Shown: positions 13,841-26,956 of the stretch, one piece after another | How positions within the stretch are numbered: the first letter of the stretch is position 1 | How the letters are laid out: each line of letters opens with the position of its first letter | From: Heterodontus francisci | Taxonomy: Eukaryota | Assembly (NCBI RefSeq): GCF_036365525.1 | Contig: NC_090416.1 | Location: 14,728,945-14,792,944, forward strand | Direction of reading: 5' to 3' | DNA length: 64,000 nucleotides | Position numbers and translations under genes: made by a program | Notes under the pieces: generated by a model | The model's input: the letters and a program-made list of their open reading frames with translations, nothing else | Told to the model about the DNA's origin: nothing | The model's database searches: none

Positions 13841-15754
13841 TGGGCCTCCATTGAAGATTACAGATGGCGGGGGGAAATTAATATTGCATTTACAGCTTGT
13901 GTTATTGTTGAAAATTTTGTCAAAATGTTAAGAACTATATTGACTGGAGCAGAGAGAGAGAGTCAATATTTACACCGAATAACAGCCCTTCCTCTGGGAT
14001 CAGAAGAACGGAACACACTGCAAATATATCTTTCCCACCCCATGAAAATAAACGAAGGTTTGACTTTTTCTTGCTTGTCCTGGAAGCAGCAGTCGTGGAA
14101 AAAAAAGTTTATTGCAATTAATGTCAACATTTGCAGGAATAGTGCGTGTTTCGTAAGTGTCACGAAAGAGGGCCGACTCTCAATTTTATGTCCTGTGAGT
14201 GAGATTGTTTTTTTTTCGATCGCTGCCCTTTAACAGTCCTGTATTTGAGGATTTATCACAATTAGATGGCACTTAATTTCCGATCTGTGTATGGCTCCAC
14301 TATCGCTGTGCATGGAAAAATACAGGTGATCTCTGATTGCTGAAACGCAGTCACAAAACCTGTGTAATAAAAATATAACATGACTTACTTAAGCCGCCAT
14401 CAATGTGGCTATATTTAAAGAAGGTTGTCTGTGCACACAACAACATATGGTAGGCTCAACTAAAGAAGAGAGGGATTAACGGGGGATGCTGGTTGGAAAA
14501 AGCACACAACTTCACATTGCCATCTTTGCAAGTTGTTGATGCAAAACTTTCAGTGGAACTCAATAACCCTTTGTTTGTTAACACAGCCTGAGCTAGCAGC
14601 CAGGCAGAGTCCAGGAAGCTCGAATGCAGGAAGTTGAGGGAGCTTGCAACCCGAAAGGTCATTGAATTAAGTTCTGAAGTTAAAAAATATTGCAGAGCGT
14701 AAATAAGGAGCAACTGTTCCCACTGGCAGGAGGGTCGGTAACCAGAGGGACACAGATCGAAGATAATTGGCCAAAGTGGGGGGAGATAAGGAGAATTTTT
14801 TTTTTACGCCGTGAGCTGTTGTGATCTGGAACGCGCTGCCTGAAAGGGCGGTGGAAGCAGATTCAATAGTAACTTTCAAAAGGGCAATTGGAGAAATACT
14901 TGAAGGGGAAAAATTGGCAGGGCTGTGGGGGAAAGAGCGGGGGGAGGAGTGGGACTAAATGGAGAGTTCTTTCAAAGAGTTGACACAGGCATGATGGGCC
15001 GAATGACCCAAGTGGCTATTCGACCATGGGCGCCTGCACAGAGAGCGGAGGCTTCCTGCTCCACCGAGCTGGGGCATCGCCCAATGTCCACACAGCCATT
15101 GTCAAAGAAGGAAATCTTTCTGTTTCTGTAGCGCCTCTCCCGACCTCAGAATGTGCCAAGACACTTTACAGCCAAGGAAGTACTTTTGAAGTAATGCAGG
15201 CAACACGGCAGTTAATTTGCACACAGCAAGATCCCACAGACAGAAACGTGGTAATGAGCCAGGAAATGTTTTTCGCGATGTTGCTTGGGGGATAGATTTA
15301 ACGTGACAAGACATACAACAACCAAACAGTATGCAGATCGTCAATGTGTAAATGACAAGGTCAAGTGGTTAACAGATACTTTTAATAGTGACTGGGACTA
15401 GTTGCTGGAAACGCTGTAATGTGAACTTGAGACAGTTGGAAGTGATTGGGGTATTGTGGGAGAGAGACAGACACACACACAAACACACATATGGCAGATG
15501 GGGGCCTCTGTTTAATGTCCCATCTGAAAGACGGCACCTCTGACAGTGCAGCACTCCCTCAGCTGGCACTGGGAGTGTCGGCCCGGATTATGGGCTCACA
15601 TCTCTGGAATAGGAGATGCTTACTCATTGTGGATGCAGCTCCTGCTGATTTCGAAGGGGAGGGATAATTTGCTGTGTAATTAACTGCGGTTTCTGATTGC
15701 TAAGCAGGGTAAGGGTTACTTGCTGTGTAACTGCACTGACTTACCACTTACTTA

Positions 15755-16530
15755 GAATTATATAGAATTTGACAGCACAGAAACAGGCCATTCGGCCCAT
15801 CTGCTCCGTGCTGGTCTTCATGCTCCACACATTAGCCTCCTCCCACCTCCTCTTCATCTCACCCTATCCCCATATCCTTCTATTCCTTTCCCCCTCATGC
15901 ATTTATCCAGCTTCCCCTTAAATGTATCTCTGCTATTCCCCCTCAACCACTCCCTGTGGTAGCGAGTTCCACATTCTCACCACTCTCTGGGGAAAGAGGT
16001 TTCCCCTGAATTCCCCATTGGATTTATCAGTGACTGTCTTATATTGATGGCCCCCTAGTTCTGGTCTCCCCCCCACAAGTGGAAACATCTTCTCAACATC
16101 GACCCTATCAAACCTTTCATCATTTTAAAGACCTCAATCAGGTCGTCCTCAGTCTTCTCTTTTCTACAGAAAAGAGACCATTCAGTCTTTCCTGATCGTT
16201 ATAACCTCTCAGTTCTAGTATCATCCTTGTAAATCTTTTTTGCACCTTCTCCAGTGCCTTAATATGTTTTTTTTATAACCTGGAGTCCAGAAATGTGCAC
16301 AGTAACTCCAAGTATCAAGCAACCTAGGTTTTATACAAGTTTAACACAACTTCTCTGCTTCCCAATTGTATCCCTCTGGAACTGAACCCCAGTGCTTTGA
16401 CTGCATGATTTCTGGCCTTAATAAGCTGTGTTACTTTTAACAACTCCTTACCTCTCGATTCCATTCCTCCCCTACCTCATTTAGACTTATTTTCCAAGGC
16501 GTATTTGCCTCCTTATCCCTCCTATTCATT
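15755..16530 (-). mobile_element. Old CR1 LINE 3' fragment
   Basis: Typical CR1 3' sequence (gagttccacattctcaccactctctgg, acaggccattcggccc). Confidence 0.7.
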
Positions 16531-16824
16531 CACCAGCTTAAGGGTTACACACTACTTCTGAGCGCTTCATGTTAAGGGTGAGACACGAGAGCGCCTGCAA
16601 GAAATGGAAATGTCCCGCATGTAACTTGTCTGAAGTACTGCCTAACTGTGGAGATTTGTCTAGTGGAGCAGATCTCTCCTCTCAATGCTCTGCTGAACTC
16701 TGCAAGCTCATCGGGGCAGAACAGGAATCAAAGAAGCAGGGAGAGTCAAACTAATACATCAAAGTAGCTCAAGGCTACGAGCTGTCTGATTGTGGAAGTA
16801 GCAGTTAGTGCAGGAGGCAGGAGT

Positions 16825-16840
16825 GCGCCATCTGCAGGCA
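16825..16840 (-). promoter_or_regulatory. Candidate CTCF motif, reverse orientation
   Basis: gcgccatctgcaggca is the reverse complement of TGCCTGCAGATGGCGC, which fits the CTCF core. Confidence 0.45.
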
Positions 16841-17424
16841 GAGAGTTCGCCTTGCCTCCCCTTCCAGTTCCTTTCCCAATTATCGTAAATCTCTCCTCTG
16901 GTTATGCCTTATGCCAGTGGATCACATGCTCTTGGATTTATTAAAGTGTCTTTCGCAAGCACCTCAGAGTTCCATCATAATTGCTTAAGTTGACAGATGT
17001 ACGGTAGGCCATTCAGCCCATCCTTCCGCCACCCACTCATCGCTGCATTAGACGGTCATCCAAACAATGATCCTTCCAGACTTTAGAAGAGATTTTTCAG
17101 ACCTGAGCCCACTGCTCATCGGGTTGCCCCATGTCTCGAATCATGTTCTGCATTAACCATTTGCCATTCAGTTTGATCAGTGGGTCGCTCTCTCCCCTCC
17201 CAGTCAGAGGGTAATGGGTTCGAGTCCCCACTCTGAAGAATCATGCACAAATTCCAGGCTGACAGATCCCAGTGTCCGTACTAAGGGAGTGCTGCACTGT
17301 CAGAGATGCCGTCTTTCAGATGTTACATTAAACCAAAGCCATGTCTGCTCTCTCACGTAGATGAAAAATTACCCCACCATCACAGATTGAAATGCAGAGG
17401 CATCTCCACAGTGTTCTGACCAAT

Positions 17425-17745
17425 TTATTTATTTATTTAGAGATACAGCACTGAAACAGGCCCTTCGGCCCACCGAGTCTGTGCTGACCAACAACCACCC
17501 ATTTATACTAACCCTGCAGTAATTCCATATTCCCTACCACCTACCTACACTAGGGGCAATTTACAACAGCCAATTTACCTATCACCTGCAAGTCTTTGGC
17601 GGTGGGAGGAAACCGGAGCACCCGGCGAAAACCCACGCGGTCACAGGGAGAACTTGCAAACTCCTTACAGGCAGTACCCAGAATCGAACCTGGGTCCCTG
17701 GAGCTATGAGGCTGCGGTGCTAACCACTGCATAACTGTGCCACCC
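17425..17745 (-). mobile_element. HE1-like V-SINE
   Basis: Same family sequence as 9950-10304. Confidence 0.85.
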
Positions 17746-17914
17746 AATATTTGTCTTTCATCCAACTTCACCAAAACAGTTGAAGGTTGGGGAAGTGCGG
17801 TTAGGCTGCTGGGCATGGATTGGGAAGAGGAACTCCCACTAGAGTTTTCCCTCTCACTAGCTAGGGCACTGAGGCCAACTGTAAGACCTCGACTTGCCAA
17901 ACACCAATCCCTTA

Positions 17915-18885
17915 CAAATGTACCCAGAGTACACCGAACCCATATAACAGCTGGACTGTACCCAAAGTATACCAAACCCATATAACATCTGGACTGTACC
18001 CAGAGTATACCGAACCCCTATAACAGCTGGACTGTACCCAGAGTATACCAAACCCATATAACACCTGGATTGTACCCAGAGTATACCGAACCCCTATAAC
18101 ACCTGGACTGTACCCAGAGTATACCGAACCCATATAACACCTGGATTGTACCCAGATTGTACCCAGAGCATTCGCCAGAGCTGGCGGGCAGCCATAAAGA
18201 CAGGGCTAAATTGTGGCGAGTCGAAGAGACTTAGTAGTTGGCAGGAAAAAAGACAGAGGCGCAAGGGGAGAGCCAACTGTGCAACAGCCCCAACAAACAA
18301 ATTTCTCTGCAGCACCTGTGGAAGAGCCTGTCACTCCAGAATTGGCCTTTATAGCCACTCCAGGCGCTGCTTCACAAACCACTGACCACCTCCAGGCGCG
18401 TATCCATTGTCTCTCGAGATAAGGAGGCCCAAAAGAATACCAAACCCATATAACACCTGGACTCTACCCAGAGTATACCAAATCCGTATAACACCTGGAC
18501 TGTACCCAGAGTATACCGAACCCCTATAACAGCTGGACTGTACCCAGAGTATACCGAACCATATAACACCTGGATTGTACCCAGAGTATACCAAACCCAT
18601 ATAACACCTGGATTGTACCCAGAGTATACCAAACCCATATAACACCTGGACTGTACCCAGAGTATACCGAACCCATATAACACCTGGATTGTACCCAGAG
18701 TATACCAAACCCATATAACACCTGGATTGTACCCAGAGTATACCAAACCCATATAACACCTGGACTGTACCCAGAGTATACCGAACCCCTATAACACCTG
18801 GACTGTACCCAGAGTATACCAAACCCATATAACACCTGGACTCTACCCAGAGTATACTGAACCCATATAACACCTGGACAGTACT
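17915..18885. repeat. 38-bp minisatellite (tgtacccagagtataccaaacccatataacacctggac), interrupted at ~18165-18435
   Basis: Direct tandem repeats lie on both sides of a unique insert. Confidence 0.93.
18165..18435 (+). mobile_element. RTE-clade LINE 3' end inserted in the minisatellite
   Basis: ORF 18146-18385 ends WRAAIKTG...FLCSTCGRACHSRIGLYSHSRRC, resembling the C-terminal Zn-finger-like end of RTE ORFs, followed by a short 3' UTR. Confidence 0.75.
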
Positions 18886-19019
18886 CACATTTAACAGAAT
18901 ATTTCTATCAACCATACATTACTCACCTACCAAATCCTCCCCCAGCTGCATTTACCTCTCCCGCTAAACCAAATCTCCACCTCCTCCTCCTCAGGTTCTC
19001 TGCCAGTACTTCAGCCTCT

Positions 19020-19176
19020 GCGTCGCTAGGAAGCGCTGTGGTCGAATATAGCCTCATCCCTGCCGCTCGGTGGCGCTGTGGTAGAAATATATCCTCACCC
19101 CTGTCGCTTGGTGGCGCTGTCTAGTCAGCTGGAGCTGCCAATTCAGCTGGTCATCCTAGCCTGCTGGTGGCGCTGT
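19020..19176 (+). promoter_or_regulatory. Cluster of 3-4 co-oriented CTCF-like motifs
   Basis: gccgctcggtggcgctg (19062), gtcgcttggtggcgctg (19103), gcctgctggtggcgctg (19159) and degenerate gtcgctaggaagcgctg (19022). Confidence 0.55.
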
Positions 19177-22100
19177 GACTGGAGGACCAAAAATGAGCTG
19201 GATAGATTGACTGTTGGCGTGTGTTCAATAGCAGTTGCACTGGGATGGGCACCATGCCCAAGGTTTACTTTTTAAAATATATTAAAAATTGCAATCTGCA
19301 TGTTCCTCCAGTCAACTTTTTAACTTTATAAATAAAGAAAGAACTTGCATTTCTATAGCGCCTTTCATGACTTCAAGATGTCCCAAAGCACTTTACAGCC
19401 AATGAACTATTTTCCTAAGTGCATCACTGGTGTAGTTAGGAAATGCAGCAGCCAATTTGCGCATAGAAAGGTTGTGCAAACAGCAATGACTGGATGGTCT
19501 GCTGTTTAGTGATGTTGGTTGAGGGACATTGCGGGACATCGGGGAGAACTCCCCTGTTCTTCCAGTTAAGGCATTGGGATCTTTTACACTCACAGTGTAA
19601 ATAATCCACACTCTCATCCAGTAGATCAACTGGGTTATAACAGTGAAGAGCTGAACAATCTCAATCAGCAAGATCCCAGGTTTGAATCTGATAGCTGGTC
19701 TTAGTTGGGGCAGCATCCTAAGGATAGGGAGGCAGGAAAAAACTAATTGGTCAGTATCCCCGCTCCTGATCCCAAAGCAGAACTTCCCATTGATCCTGAA
19801 ATGGGTGACATATTCAATGGAAATGGATTCCAGTGTTGTACACTTTCTAGAGTCACATGTAAGGAATGACAGCCTGCGTGGGGTACTAGAGGGCAATGAG
19901 TGCCCATGGACAGTACCCACGTAAGGGGGGTACGTGCCCACAGGACCAAAAACAAGGGGGCATCACCTTAAAATTAGAGCCAGGCTGTTCAGGGGTAATG
20001 TCAGGAAGCAGTTCTTCAGACAAAGTGGAGTGGAAATCTGGAACTTTCTCCCCCAAAAAGCTGTCGAGGCTGGGGGGGGGTCAATTGGAAATTGATAGAT
20101 TTTTGTCGGGTTAAGGGAGACGAAACCAAGGCGGGGAGCTGGAGTTAAGATGCAGATCAGCCGTGAGCTAATGGAATGATGGGATAGGCTTGAGGGGCTG
20201 AACGGCCTCATTCTTTTCTAGAAGTGGTTTGGGGTGGGGGTGGGAGCACATTTAACAGAGAAAGAAAACAGGAAATCTTCGAACGAGAGTGGAGTTTACA
20301 TAAATACAATGACTGATGTGTTTTGTCCGCCACCCCCCATTCATTCCCAGGACGTGGGCATCACTGATATTTATTGTCCATTTTTAGTTGCCCTGAGAAT
20401 ATGCAATGGCCCTCCCTCTGTTTGATACACTGAAGTGGCTTGCTTGGCTGCTTCGGAAGGCAGTTAAGAGTCAGTGTGGTGACTGGAGTCACATGTAGTC
20501 CAGACCTGGTGAAGCCTGCAGGTATCCTTTCCCTTTATACTGGGCATCTCTGATTTAGCTAGGGGTTGACTGATGTCCATGATCGCCCACAGGCCCTGAA
20601 GCAGACACTTGAAAAATAAGCGAGAACAAAGCAGTTCAGGTTAAAATTTTAATGCAGTTTTTAGTCTGGATAATGGGACATTCTTGTCTTATTTTTGCAC
20701 ACAAGGAGGAAATTACACGCTGACTGTTGGCCAAGTGGGTATCCAATGAAATGACCAAGGCCACCACATTTCCTTGACCAACCCTCATCGACGCGGGCAA
20801 GGAACTTGAAAAGTGGATTTTGGTGCAAGGAACGTGGGATACCCCACGTGGGGGAAGGTCGAGTTGGAGCAAACCCACGCTGGTCATACATACCTGTACT
20901 GGTCCGTCTGAACAGGGAGTTTAACATCTGTTAAGAGCACTTACTGCGTTCTGCATGGCAGCGTCAGTCTAGACCATCAGCCGGAAATTCTGACCCTAAT
21001 GCCAGGCCAGTATGACCAGCAGACGTCCATTGGGAGTGACCTCAGCAAACCCTCTCTCGGATCGGATCGAAAATTTGCGAAGGTCTTTGAAACAAGATGG
21101 TTAAGTCTGGCTTCCAAGCACGTCCTTCATTTCGGAGGAGGGAAGGGTTGAGGATAGGGAGGCAATATCGTTTACAAAGTGACCAGGCAGGTTAAGTGCT
21201 AGTAAGATAATGGCGTCCACATTTGTACATTGTAGTGGAATCGGTCGGTGACATATGTACCGACATTGTGACTGCAGGCTTCTCCAATGTGTTTATGCAG
21301 TGAGGGTCTTTCTTATACATTCAGGCACTTGACCGATATGCATTCCACATAGCAGTTTTAGTCCCATTGGAAACACAAGAAAGGAGAGACAGACAAGGAG
21401 GTCCCACTGTAGGTGGGTGGTGTAAAATATTATGCCTCAGCCTTTGACACACAGGGATTATGATAACTGCAAGGCAAGTTTTTGTTTAACGCTGTTGCGG
21501 GAATGAGGGAGTGGACCTGTCACTTTTTTCCCCCGCTAGTGGCCATATTTGATGAAAGGGTGCAATTGAACACCGAATGGACGAAGGTGGGATGAAAGTG
21601 TGTTTTTAAAAAATCCTGTGGAAAACACAAGAGATTTACACCTTTCTTCGAACTAGCAGCTTTAGTCAAAAGAGACACCCGTCTTCCATTAGGGGTCAAC
21701 TGCTCACGAGAAGTCTTAATGACCTTTGAACACAAGCCAATCAAAGCAACTGATCCTTTTGACATCCAATGGGCGTATCGAGTGTTAACCTCAGCTCGCT
21801 CCAATTGGATGAAGTTATGCATTCAATTGCTGTCGGGTATTCGAAAGCAAATGGCCAAGGAGTACGATCCAAACTTCAGCTGCAGAAGTGTTATATTGGC
21901 TAAAGTCTAACTTGCTAGATTGTCAAAAGGATCTGCATTAACATCAAGCGAGAGACATGCCATACAATTGGCACGCAGTGTCAAGGCCCCTAGGCCTCAG
22001 CGTTGGATTGCCATGCCATCTGAGGGCATAACAGGATGGGCTCCCTGAGGGTCATGCCAAGACGTCTATCCAGGAAGACCAGGTGCCAAACGCAGGGCTG

Positions 22101-23909
22101 TATGTATCCTTGCTTGCAATGTGGGTGACGTCTTAGAGCACAGAAAGAGGTCATTCGGACATGGTGCCTGTGCTGGCTCTTAGATACAACTATCCAATGG
22201 GTCCCACTCTCCCCTTCCTTCTCCAATAGCCCTGCTAATTTTCCCCTTCAAGTATTTATCCAATTCCCCTTTTGAAAATGACTATTGAATCTGCTTCCAC
22301 TGCCCTTTCAGGCAGCGCGTTCCAGACCACAACAACTCACTTCTTAAAAAAAAATTCTTCTCATCTTCCCCTCTGGTTCTTTTACTTATCTTAAATCTGT
22401 GTCCCTCTGGTTACCGACCCTCCTGCCAGTGGAAACAGTCTTTCCTTATTTCCTCTATCAAAACCCTTCATCATTTTGAACGCCTCGATTAAATCTCCTC
22501 TTAACCTTCTCTGCTCTAAGGAGAACAATCCCAGCTTCTCCAATCTTTCCACATAATTGAAGTCCCTCATTCCTCATAACCAAAGGGAGAGTCAAACCCC
22601 ATGATAGGTTGCATTGAACAGCTGAGAGTTAAACACTGCCTCTTTGTACTGTGTACCAGCTCCTCTAGTCCAATAAAATTCTTAGATTGATTATTTTACA
22701 CTGTCTCACATCTATAGGTCAAGTCTTGCTTGCTGTTGTGTGGATTGAGGCTATTTACGGGTAAGGAACTGATACAAGAGAGGAATGTGTGCCAAGACAA
22801 TCTATACAAATATTGCTCTCAAAAGCAGGAAACAAATATTCTGCTCAAACCTCTAAATATGCAGTTTAAATACATTAGTGTTGAAGATTATGAAAAGCAG
22901 CATTATGTGGAGATAGTTTCACATGTTATTGGAGAAGGGCGCACTCCAGTTCATAAGGTACACGGGGCCCTTCTGTTCCGAGAGGTATGACATTACGCAT
23001 GCCCTCCTTATAATCCACAAGAGACAGACAATACAAATAATCGAAAACTAGCAGCTCCCCGTGGCATTGTGTTCGGGTAGCGTGCGATTGGGAGCCTGAG
23101 TTATGATGTTAAGTCGCGAAAGTGCCACGGTCTTTGAGCTGACCCTTACCATTCCCGTGGGGACGTGGTCAGACTAGTCAGTGAGGGGATAAGGGTGGAG
23201 GGAGGTTTCCATAGATTTGCGGTGACTGGTAAATTTCCCTCGGAGAAAGGCAGAGGGGTCTTTTTAGTATGTGTTCCTGTATCCCTAACACTGAAGTGTT
23301 ATGCATGGTGTGTGACATCCCAAGTGTGACAGTCGTGCACCAGACACATAGCTGTCTAGCCGTTAACAAACGGTCTCGGGAGTAAAAACATGGCGGGGGA
23401 TCAAAAGCATTTATGTGATTGGTCGTGGGAGATGCGTTAAGCTTGGCAGGCAGCTGTCTGAATTATTAGCGGAGAAGTTTAAGACAACTTTGGAACGAGG
23501 GGGGTAAACGGTTAGTGTATGTGTGAGTAGTTTGGAATCAGAGGCCATTCAGGCCCTCGGGACAGTCCCCCGCCATTTAATGAGACTATGGTTGCTGTGT
23601 CGCCTAATTTCACTTCGCTCCGTAATCCCTTGAGACTGTGACGCAAGATCTTTGTGGAGGTGGCGGACGAGGCTGAAGATTGAGACTTACCCTGGCAATT
23701 GTTTGCAGGGAGTAGGAGGAGGGGAGAGCTCGAGTTCGGCCAGAACATTGAAATTAATTGGGCCAACCGGGCGCTTGGAATGGCGGACGCAGGGTTGAAG
23801 TGCCAACCTGTTGCGAAAATGGAGGGGCAGGGATACGTCTCCTTCTAAAATGTGGGAGCGTCGGGGTGGGTGGGGGGGGGGGGGGGTGCGCGGTGGTCAA
23901 ACCTCCGCC

Positions 23910-24181
23910 TCACTCTCTTTTCGGTTTGACACTGTCGGGGACGTTCACCTGGAGAAAGGAACAAGAACGTGGGGACCAGACCAAGAGGAGGACGAAGAAT
24001 CCGATGACCAGGAGGTTGAGGAAGATGGAGGCTGCCATTACCCCCAGCGTCCCCTCGAGGGACGGGAGGGGCGTGTTCGCCAGCAGCCAAGCACGGCGGC
24101 ACGACATGTCCGTGATGATGGCCTCCAGTTGACAGTATGTGCCCACGACTGCACAGATGTGGAATAGCTGATGGCTGTGAC
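23910..24181 (-). CDS. PAQR6: PAQR6 coding exon 7 (last)
   Basis: cag|GT CAC... reads (G)HSHQLFHICAVVGTYCQLEAIITDMSCRRAWLLANTP...KPKRE*. It carries the PAQR HxxxH motif and ends at TGA 23910-23912. Confidence 0.93.
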
Positions 24182-24724
24182 CTGCATTACACAGATAGAC
24201 AAATCAGCTGAGAGAGGCCAGATGTTCCGCCTGGCGACAGTTACACACTGATCTGTGCAGGAGGCCATTCAGCCCCTCAAGCACCATTCAATCAGATCAT
24301 GGCTGATCCTGTATCTTAAAACTCCATTTCTCCACCTTGGTTCCATAACCCTTAATCCCCCTACACCCCAACAAAATCCATCAATCTCAGTTTGGAAATG
24401 TCCAATTGACCCCCCCTCCCCCCAATCCTTGTTGGCTTTTCTCAGGGGAGAGAGTTCCAGATTTCCACTCCCCCTTTCTGTGTAGAAGTGCTTCCTGACA
24501 TCACTCCCTGAACGGCCTGGCTCGGATTTTAAGGTTCTGCCCCCTTGTTCTGGACTCCCCTCCCCCCACCAGAGAAACTAGCTTCTCTCTATCGACCCGA
24601 TCGAATCCTTTAATCATCTTAAACCCCTCGATTAGATCACCCCTTAATCTTCTATACTCGAGGGAATACAAGTCTAGTCTGCCCTCGTAATTTAACCCTT
24701 TTAGCCCCCGGGATCTTTTAAAAA

Positions 24725-25330
24725 ATTTATTCCTGTGATGCGGACATCGCTGGTTGGCCAGCGTTTATTGCCCATCCCTAATTGCCCCTTGAGAAGGTGG
24801 TGGTGAGCTGCCTTCTTGAACCGCTGCAGTCCATGTGGGGTAGGTACACCCACAGTGCTGTTAGGGAGGGAGTTCCAGGATTTTGACCCAGCGACAGTGA
24901 AGGAACGGCCGATATAGTTCCAAGTCAGGATGGTGTGTGACTTGGAGGGGAACTTGCAGGTGGTGGTGTTCCCATGCATCTGCTGCCCTTGTCCTTCTAG
25001 GTGGTAGAGGTCACGGGTGTGGAAAGTGTTGTCTAAGGAGCCTTGGTGCGTTGCTGCAGTGCATCTTGTAGATGGTACACACTGCTGCCACTGTGCGTCG
25101 GTGGTGGAGGGAGTGAATGTTTGTCGATGGGGTGCCAATCAAGCGGGCTGCTTTGTCCGGGGTGGTGTCGCGCTTCTTGAGTGTTGTTGGAGCTGCACCC
25201 ATCCAGGCAAGTGGAGATTATTCCATCACACTCCTGACTTGTGCCTTGTAGATGGTGGACAGGCTTTGGGGAGTCAGGAGGTTAGTTACTCACCACAGAA
25301 TTCCCAGCCTCTGACCTGCTCTTGCACCTT
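24725..25330 (-). mobile_element. LINE 3' fragment (CR1/L2-like) in the last PAQR6 intron
   Basis: Broken ORF2 C-terminus (DKAARLIGTPSTNIHSLHHRRTVAAVCTIYKMH; SKSWNSLP). A shorter copy lies at ~8560-8675. Confidence 0.7.
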
Positions 25331-25623
25331 CCCCAAGGCCAGTTTAGGTCGATGATATCTGAATTCTTTAATCAAAGCACTTATCACTCGCCTTGAAAGG
25401 CCATGGTCTGAGCCCCTGTAGACATTGTTGTTGAGGATGTAGGGTTGCCAGCTGTGCTTGGACAGGTTATGTCACACGATCAACCGCCCCACCCAGTCAA
25501 ACAGCCCTTTTCCTGTAATTTTGTAACCAAAAAAAGGTCAAAGAAAATGAAAGGAAAAAAAATTATGCGAACCGCTGCTCTGATTTTATTAAAAGCAAAA
25601 TACTGCGGATGCTGGAAATCTGA

Positions 25624-25781
25624 AACAAAAACAAGAAATGCTGGATTCACTCAGCAGGTCTGGCAGCATCTGTGGAAAGAGATTCCGAAGAAGGGTCACT
25701 GACCCGAAACGTTAACTCTGCTTCTCTTTCCACAGATGCTGCCAGACCTGCTGAGTGAATCCAGCCTTTCTTGTTTTTGTT
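25624..25781 (+). mobile_element. Short Penelope-derived palindromic element with a hammerhead-like core in the loop
   Basis: 59-bp inverted arms (25624-25682 / 25723-25781, one mismatch) flank ccgaagaagggtcactgacccgaaacgttaac. The arms match the termini of the Penelope element at 42320-45490. Confidence 0.75.
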
Positions 25782-26035
25782 GGCTCTGATTTTATTTCCT
25801 GGTTGTTGGAACTTTAGCTCCCGGAGCAAGTCCAGGGACATACCTGGACAGGCGGCAACCCCAAGTCGATGCGGTGCCCCTTTAAAAACTCACCACAGTG
25901 GGAATTCTCCCGTCTGACCTGGATGGGGAACTCAGGTCACAAGGAGGTCAAAGGGCAGCTCTGACAGCGATACGCCAATCAGAGCGGTCAAGCAGACAAT
26001 TACATTTCCAGCCAGCTCCCAATCCAGACACTCAC

Positions 26036-26180
26036 CGATGTAATCGAAGCAGCCAGGAGCCAGGCGTTCCGGGAGGTGAGAGGCAAACAGGAAGCAGGTG
26101 AGGAAAGCAAATATCAGGTGGCGGTAGTGCATGGGGACGGCGTCATTGTGGCTGCAGTCTTCACCCCAGCATAACAAGAG
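26036..26180 (-). CDS. PAQR6: PAQR6 coding exon 6
   Basis: ctctccacag|LLLCWGEDCSHNDAVPMHYRHLIFAFLTCFLFASHLPERLAPGCFDYIG|gtgag; PERxxPGxFD motif; 145 nt. Confidence 0.94.
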
Positions 26181-26595
26181 CTGTGGAGAGAGGGAAAAAG
26201 GGAGAGGGCTGAACCACTCTTAGTTTCTAACTCTGCTGTGCTCTCTCGCAGGAGTAACTCATGGATTCTGACACTACCTGTCCGCCTCAAAGGTCATAAA
26301 TCTTGCCCCCGTGTTTCCCCCCACCTACGAAACCTCACCTGCCTTTGTCAATTCATCCCCCAATTGTGTCAGTCTCCTCCGATTATAAATTCCTCTGACC
26401 ATTTTTATCATTGGGAAAACCTATGTAAACATGTCACGCTGCAATTACACCCTCCCCGCCAGGGCTGGTGCTGTTGTTGCTCGGTTTTGCCGGCATTGCA
26501 GAGAAAGTGCAGCGTTCCAGCCAACTCTGCCTCCCTGCTTGCTACTTTGCCCTGTCACCCGCAGTGTGCTGTACATGCACAGGAGCCGATGCTGA

Positions 26596-26596
<1 letters not shown>

Positions 26597-26670
<74 letters not shown>
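26597..26670. repeat. (CA)n microsatellite
   Basis: Pure CA run of about 74 bp in PAQR6 intron 5. Confidence 0.98.
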
Positions 26671-26673
<3 letters not shown>

Positions 26674-26715
26674 AGCAAGCATCTTTCTCCATTAGCCAGT
26701 CAGTTGTTCCCTTAC

Positions 26716-26812
26716 CCTGTAGAAGAGTGGAATGTTGTCAAACAGGAAGGGGTAGCCAAAGGCAGTGATCCGCAGTGTTTTACTCAATTTAGGCTGTTCA
26801 ATCTCTAGGAAC
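26716..26812 (-). CDS. PAQR6: PAQR6 coding exon 5
   Basis: gccag|(R)FLEIEQPKLSKTLRITAFGYPFLFDNIPLFYR|gtaag; 97 nt; absent from the ORF track. Confidence 0.93.
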
Positions 26813-26956
26813 CTGGCAACAAAAACAAAAAAACAGCGAGAAAGACTTTAATAAGGGAGCTTGTGGGGTCATCACTCTCTGCGTCAGACGTAGCTCCTCA
26901 TTGGGGCAACCTCCTAAAAATAAGAGGTTGAAAAAAGTGAACTGGCTGAATCCAGT

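Noticed and set aside
5000-23900. Search for BGLAP or PMF1, the human downstream neighbours of PAQR6
   Set aside because: No Gla-domain or PMF1-like exon found by eye. The unique sequence at 20500-23900 is more simply PAQR6 3' UTR or intergenic.
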